Shown piece by piece: positions 60,547 to 64,000 of a stretch of 64,000 bases of DNA. Source of the stretch: an uncultured Planctomycetota bacterium (lineage in GTDB: Bacteria; Planctomycetota; Planctomycetia; Pirellulales; Lacipirellulaceae); contig CAVRBU010000003.1 in assembly GCA_963719315.1 (NCBI GenBank), forward strand, positions 64,001 to 128,000. The letters run 5' to 3'. How positions within the stretch are numbered: position 1 is the first letter of the stretch; each line of letters opens with the position of its first letter. The notes below the pieces were generated by a model that saw only the letters and a program-made list of their open reading frames with translations, did not search any database and was not told the DNA's origin. The translations under genes and the position numbers were made by a program.

Positions 60547-62075
60547 GGGTGGGCGTCTTTTTTGTTGGTGGTATTAGACGGCAGTCTGATACCAGAAGCC
60601 TTCCCACTGTCCGGGCTGGCCGAGGAACAGGGCGCGGAGGTGGCAGACGCTGTCGCTGCCGGGCTCTCGCCAGCGCATCCCGCTGCCTTTGAGCCGTCCT
60701 CCCACGACCAGCTTGCACGCGGCTTCCACCGGACCGGAGCCGATCATCCAACCGCGGGTCAAGTACGTGGGATAGTCCATGCGATGGACGTTGTTCCGCA
60801 CGTATTGTGCTTGTTGTCGGTAGCACTCCCGCTGGGCCTCGTTCCAGTCGCTCTGATCGAGCGATTCCCAACTGGCCACGAGCGCTGCTCCTCCTTCGTG
60901 CTTGAGCTTGTGACACCAGTCACGTTGTCGTTTGGCAAAGGCGCCGTCATCGCCCGGGTGAAGCGCACGAGCCAATTCGGCCACGTGCTCACTGGCATGG
61001 TAAAAGTCGAGGATCCGCACCGCCAGCGGCGCGTTCTTCTCGATGAAACGCTCCAAGCAAGGAGCGCCGTCGGTCAGCGCGATCTGTTGCTCGGCGTGTC
61101 CCAGCCGACCTGCGCGGCCTGCCGGCGCCATTGCAGCCCCAAATCGTCTAAATCATGAAAACCGGCCAAATACCGCACTTGGTGTGGATCTTGGGCTGGT
61201 TGTTCCTCGAACGGCGAACGCGCATTGAAGACCATCGCCACCGCGGCCATCCGCGACTCCGCCGGGCCACCGCCGATGGCCTGCTGCGGCACCCCCGTGT
61301 GATCGACGGCCAGGTAGGCGCAGCGCCGACCCTCGGCATCCCGTTGCCAAAGCCAGTCTTCCTGGGGGCCAAACGTTTGCTTGGCCGCGAGTTTCGCTCC
61401 CAAGCGTTGGCCCGCTTCTTCCGTGACGCGCAGCACGGTCGACTCCGCCAACCGAATGCCACTCATGCGGACCAAGGCTCGTTCGGCCGCCAAGCCAAAG
61501 CTGCTCAGCGTGCCGGCCAGCGACGCCAGTTCCTCCGCGCCGGGCGTGACGTGCCGCGGGGTGAGGCCCAGCCGCTCGTCCCAGGGCTGCTGGCTCGCGC
61601 CGCACTGGCAGCAGTAGTAATAGGTCCGCGTCAAACGGATGTCTCCCAGCAGGCTGACCAATCCTTTCGTTCGCCAGTCGATGAACTTCGCGCTGCCGCC
61701 GCAGGAGCAGGCTAAGCTAGCTCCCTGATAAGCGCCCCTTTTTTACACACTCGTTGGTGGCGGTCTCCAGCACGTTCGCTCCCAAATCGAACAACATGTC
61801 CCGCAACTCGAACTCGCCGCGGCCCAACAACTCCTCGGGCTTCTTCGCCGCCATCATCCGCGCCATGTTCTTCAACTGCTGTTCGGCCTGGCCCTTGAGC
61901 GACTCGTAAATCCGCTCCGCCGCCGCTTCCTCTTCCGCTGTCAGGTCCAGTTCCAACGCCTTGATCTGCTTGGCCATCGCTCTGCTCTCCGGTCTTCGAG
62001 TTCGAGAATTACCCCCCAATTGTCACAGACCCTTCAGCAGAGCAGATTTCCCACCAACAATCGAGACGCCTACCC
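60547..62075 (-). mobile_element. ISKra4-family element (~1.53 kb); transposase ~60574-61978 in three frames
   Basis: Ends GGGTRGGCGTCT-N3-TTGTTGGTGG; RTYYYCCQC, IALTDGA, ILDFYHASEH, IGSGPVEAACK, RLKGSGMRW; frame changes at A6G4 (~61740) and ~61097; no target duplication seen. Confidence 0.85.
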
Positions 62076-62271
62076 TCAGAAAAAGCCCTCATGCCGAATT
62101 GCTTGCGGCCCAAGCCGTATCGGGTACAATAGAACTTGGCGGAAAATGCCGGGGCTCGTCGGCCGGATTCCGTACCCGTTCTCGCGCAATCCTCGACTGG
62201 CCTAATGCACTAATTCTATTTGCTCGCCACCTCTTGGCGAAACTCCGCGTGGGCAGCGCCCTCTCGGTATA

Positions 62272-63216
62272 GTGCGCGTCGAGTCGTTTCCTTTTTCATG
62301 TTTGCGCGGAGCTTGTGTTGTGATTCGTTCAACGAGATTCAATTTTACATTGGTTGCGATCGCGATTGCCGCGTTGGCGGCCAACAACCGTGCGGTCGCC
62401 GACGACCCAGCCGACCGACCCGACCCGCAATTCGCCGATGGCAGCCCCGGCCAGTACATGCTCATCGGCAGCCAGTGGCCTCAGCCGGGCGGAAAAAACT
62501 CGCCCATCACGCTCACGTACAGCTTTCAAAATATGTTCGACGGCGCGCTGAAGATGCCCGACGGCAATCCGCTGCCGGCCAGATTGATTCGCGGTTCCAT
62601 CGAAGAAGCGCTGCGCCTCTGGAGCAGTGCCGCGCCGCTGAATTTCGTGGAAGTTCCCGACGATGGCTTGCCCTACGGATTATCGACACACTTCGGCGTG
62701 CTCCGTTTCCGTCACGTCTACATCAACGGTCCGGACTACGAATTCTCGGCCCCCTCGGCCAAGGCCCAATCGTATTACCCGTCTTCATCGGATTACGGCG
62801 GCGACGTCGAGTTCGACGACAGCGACAAGTGGCAGGAAGTCGGCACGTTGCGCAAGCCCGATATCCTCGGCGCCGCCATCCACGAAATTGGCCATTCGCT
62901 CGGCCTCGCGCACAGCACCGGCATTCAAGTCGGCCAATACTGGACGTACCAGGTCGATGACGGCGCCGGCCACCTCGTGGATCACCTCGAGCCGAAGGGC
63001 AACGCCAACATGTTCTGGATTTTCACGCGCTATAGCGGCCTGGGCACCGGCCAGTTGTTTCCAGACGATATCGCCGGCATCCAGGCAATATACGGAACGG
63101 GCCCCGGCAGCGTCTCGCCTATGGCGGTGCCCGAACCCGCGGCACTCACTCTGCTATTCTTTGCGATAACGGGCTGGCTGCTGCGACGCCGCGCTCGATC
63201 AGGAGCGCCGAAATAG
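62272..63216 (+). CDS. Matrixin-family zinc metalloprotease with PEP-CTERM tail
   Basis: HEIGHSLGLAHS, ANM Met-turn, DDIAGIQAIYG, VPEPAALTLL...RRRAR; start probably slightly downstream. Confidence 0.88.
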   Translation: MRVESFPFSCLRGACVVIRSTRFNFTLVAIAIAALAANNRAVADDPADRPDPQFADGSPGQYMLIGSQWPQPGGKNSPITLTYSFQNMFDGALKMPDGNPLPARLIRGSIEEALRLWSSAAPLNFVEVPDDGLPYGLSTHFGVLRFRHVYINGPDYEFSAPSAKAQSYYPSSSDYGGDVEFDDSDKWQEVGTLRKPDILGAAIHEIGHSLGLAHSTGIQVGQYWTYQVDDGAGHLVDHLEPKGNANMFWIFTRYSGLGTGQLFPDDIAGIQAIYGTGPGSVSPMAVPEPAALTLLFFAITGWLLRRRARSGAPK

Positions 63217-63234
63217 GGTGGTCGAACCCCCATT

Positions 63235-63525
63235 TCAATCGGGCAATTCGTTAATTTCCCGAAAGCCGTGTAGTGCACGAACAAGGCGCACGCCATCTTG
63301 GATGGGCTCGTAATACAGAACGTAGTTTCCTACGGTGAAGCGACGCAGACCCGGCCGATAACGTTCGGCCGATTCACCGATCATGGGGTTACGGGCCAAA
63401 GTCCGCAGGGTACGATCAAACCGATCAATCAAACGATCGGCGGCCGTAAGATTGTGTTGTGCGACTTGCAGCCAGATTTTCCGCACGTCGTCCCGCGCCG
63501 GATGCGTTCGAACAATCCGCGCCAT
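63235..63525 (-). CDS. RelE/ParE-family toxin
   Basis: MARIVRTHPARDDV, LARNPMIG, GLRRFTVGNYVLYY, VRALHGFR. Confidence 0.88.
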   Translation of the reverse strand: MARIVRTHPARDDVRKIWLQVAQHNLTAADRLIDRFDRTLRTLARNPMIGESAERYRPGLRRFTVGNYVLYYEPIQDGVRLVRALHGFREINELPD

Positions 63526-63797
63526 TATTGCTGCGACTTGCGCTGTTGAAGGACTTTGCGACCTTCCGCCTTGATCGACGCCGAATCCCACTCCTCCTCG
63601 TCGCCCCGTTCGATCGCGGCAAAGCCTTCCTCCAGCTGAGCGCGGATGTACTCTTCTTCCAACTCCGGAAACGCCCCTTGTTCGAGAAGAAGATATACTC
63701 GGCGAGTTTCCTGGTCCGCGATGTGGACCGGCTCACCCGGATGCGCGAGCAGCGCTGCCCGCTGCTCCGGCGTCAATTGAAGATTGGTTGTTTCCAT
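63525..63797 (-). CDS. Putative ParD-like antitoxin
   Basis: Acidic 90-aa ORF with 1-nt overlap upstream of the toxin; LEEGFAAIERGD...IKAEGR. Confidence 0.75.
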   Translation of the reverse strand: METTNLQLTPEQRAALLAHPGEPVHIADQETRRVYLLLEQGAFPELEEEYIRAQLEEGFAAIERGDEEEWDSASIKAEGRKVLQQRKSQQ

Positions 63798-63833
63798 ATT
63801 GGTAGTATAGCAAGGCGCTGGGTCCAGCCACGG

Positions 63834-63998
63834 CTACTCTTCCGACGGCATCACGATCGCCAGGATGATATAGACCAGTGTGCCGGGAAACCCGGCCGAA
63901 AAAATCGACGCGAGCACGTACAAAATCCGCACCGCGGTCGGGTCCCATCCCAGCCACTTCGCGAGCCCACCGCACACGCCGGCTATCATCCGATCGCT
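63834..63998 (-). CDS. pspC: PspC domain protein (5' end beyond window)
   Basis: SDRMIAGVCGGLAKWLGWDPTAVRILYV...LVYIILAIVMP; not in the ORF track. Confidence 0.88.
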   Translation of the reverse strand, partial: SDRMIAGVCGGLAKWLGWDPTAVRILYVLASIFSAGFPGTLVYIILAIVMPSEE

Positions 63999-64000
63999 CT

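Noticed and set aside
1..64000. CRISPR array, tRNA or rRNA genes
   Set aside because: No constant repeat with unique spacers, cloverleaf or rRNA-like segment was seen; the short-period arrays lack spacers. A covariance-model search was not run.

Overview
GC-rich bacterial chromosome segment, most likely Planctomycetota of a Pirellulales-like lineage (inferred from DUF1501, DUF1549/DUF1553/PSD1, planctomycete cytochrome c and PEP-CTERM proteins, and methanofuran-type genes). Contents in order: three HtrA/PDZ-like genes (one with the catalytic Ser, two without); a PEP-CTERM gene; MfnF- and MfnD-like genes; a suf operon (sufR-nuoB-sufC-sufB-Uma2-sufD-small ORF-Rieske-sufT) holding a lone nuoB; dusB; a Ser/Thr kinase; dehydrogenases; an ABC ATPase; a DUF1553/DUF1501 pair with small toxin-antitoxin-like genes between them; an Sdh1-type succinate dehydrogenase operon; a mazF/pemK toxin split by IS630 and IS21; a DUF5690 transporter; IS4; a ~15 kb MurNAc/peptidoglycan-utilisation cluster (XylR-type regulator, anmK, MurK-like kinase, murQ, sodium:solute symporter, serine hydrolase-NamZ fusion, ggt, amidase); ISKra4; a matrixin-PEP-CTERM gene; a ParE-type TA pair; and partial pspC. 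No rRNA, tRNA or CRISPR array was seen. The features least explained by standard annotation are: paired inverted 7/8/9-mer repeat cassettes at many operon gene junctions (some inside signal peptides), REP-like palindromes translated in frame, a REP doublet nested in an IS4-type MITE, nuoB inside suf, and ggt plus shared candidate operators in the MurNAc cluster. About ten small indels break otherwise intact genes and probably reflect assembly error. All family assignments come from motif recognition by eye; no searches were run.
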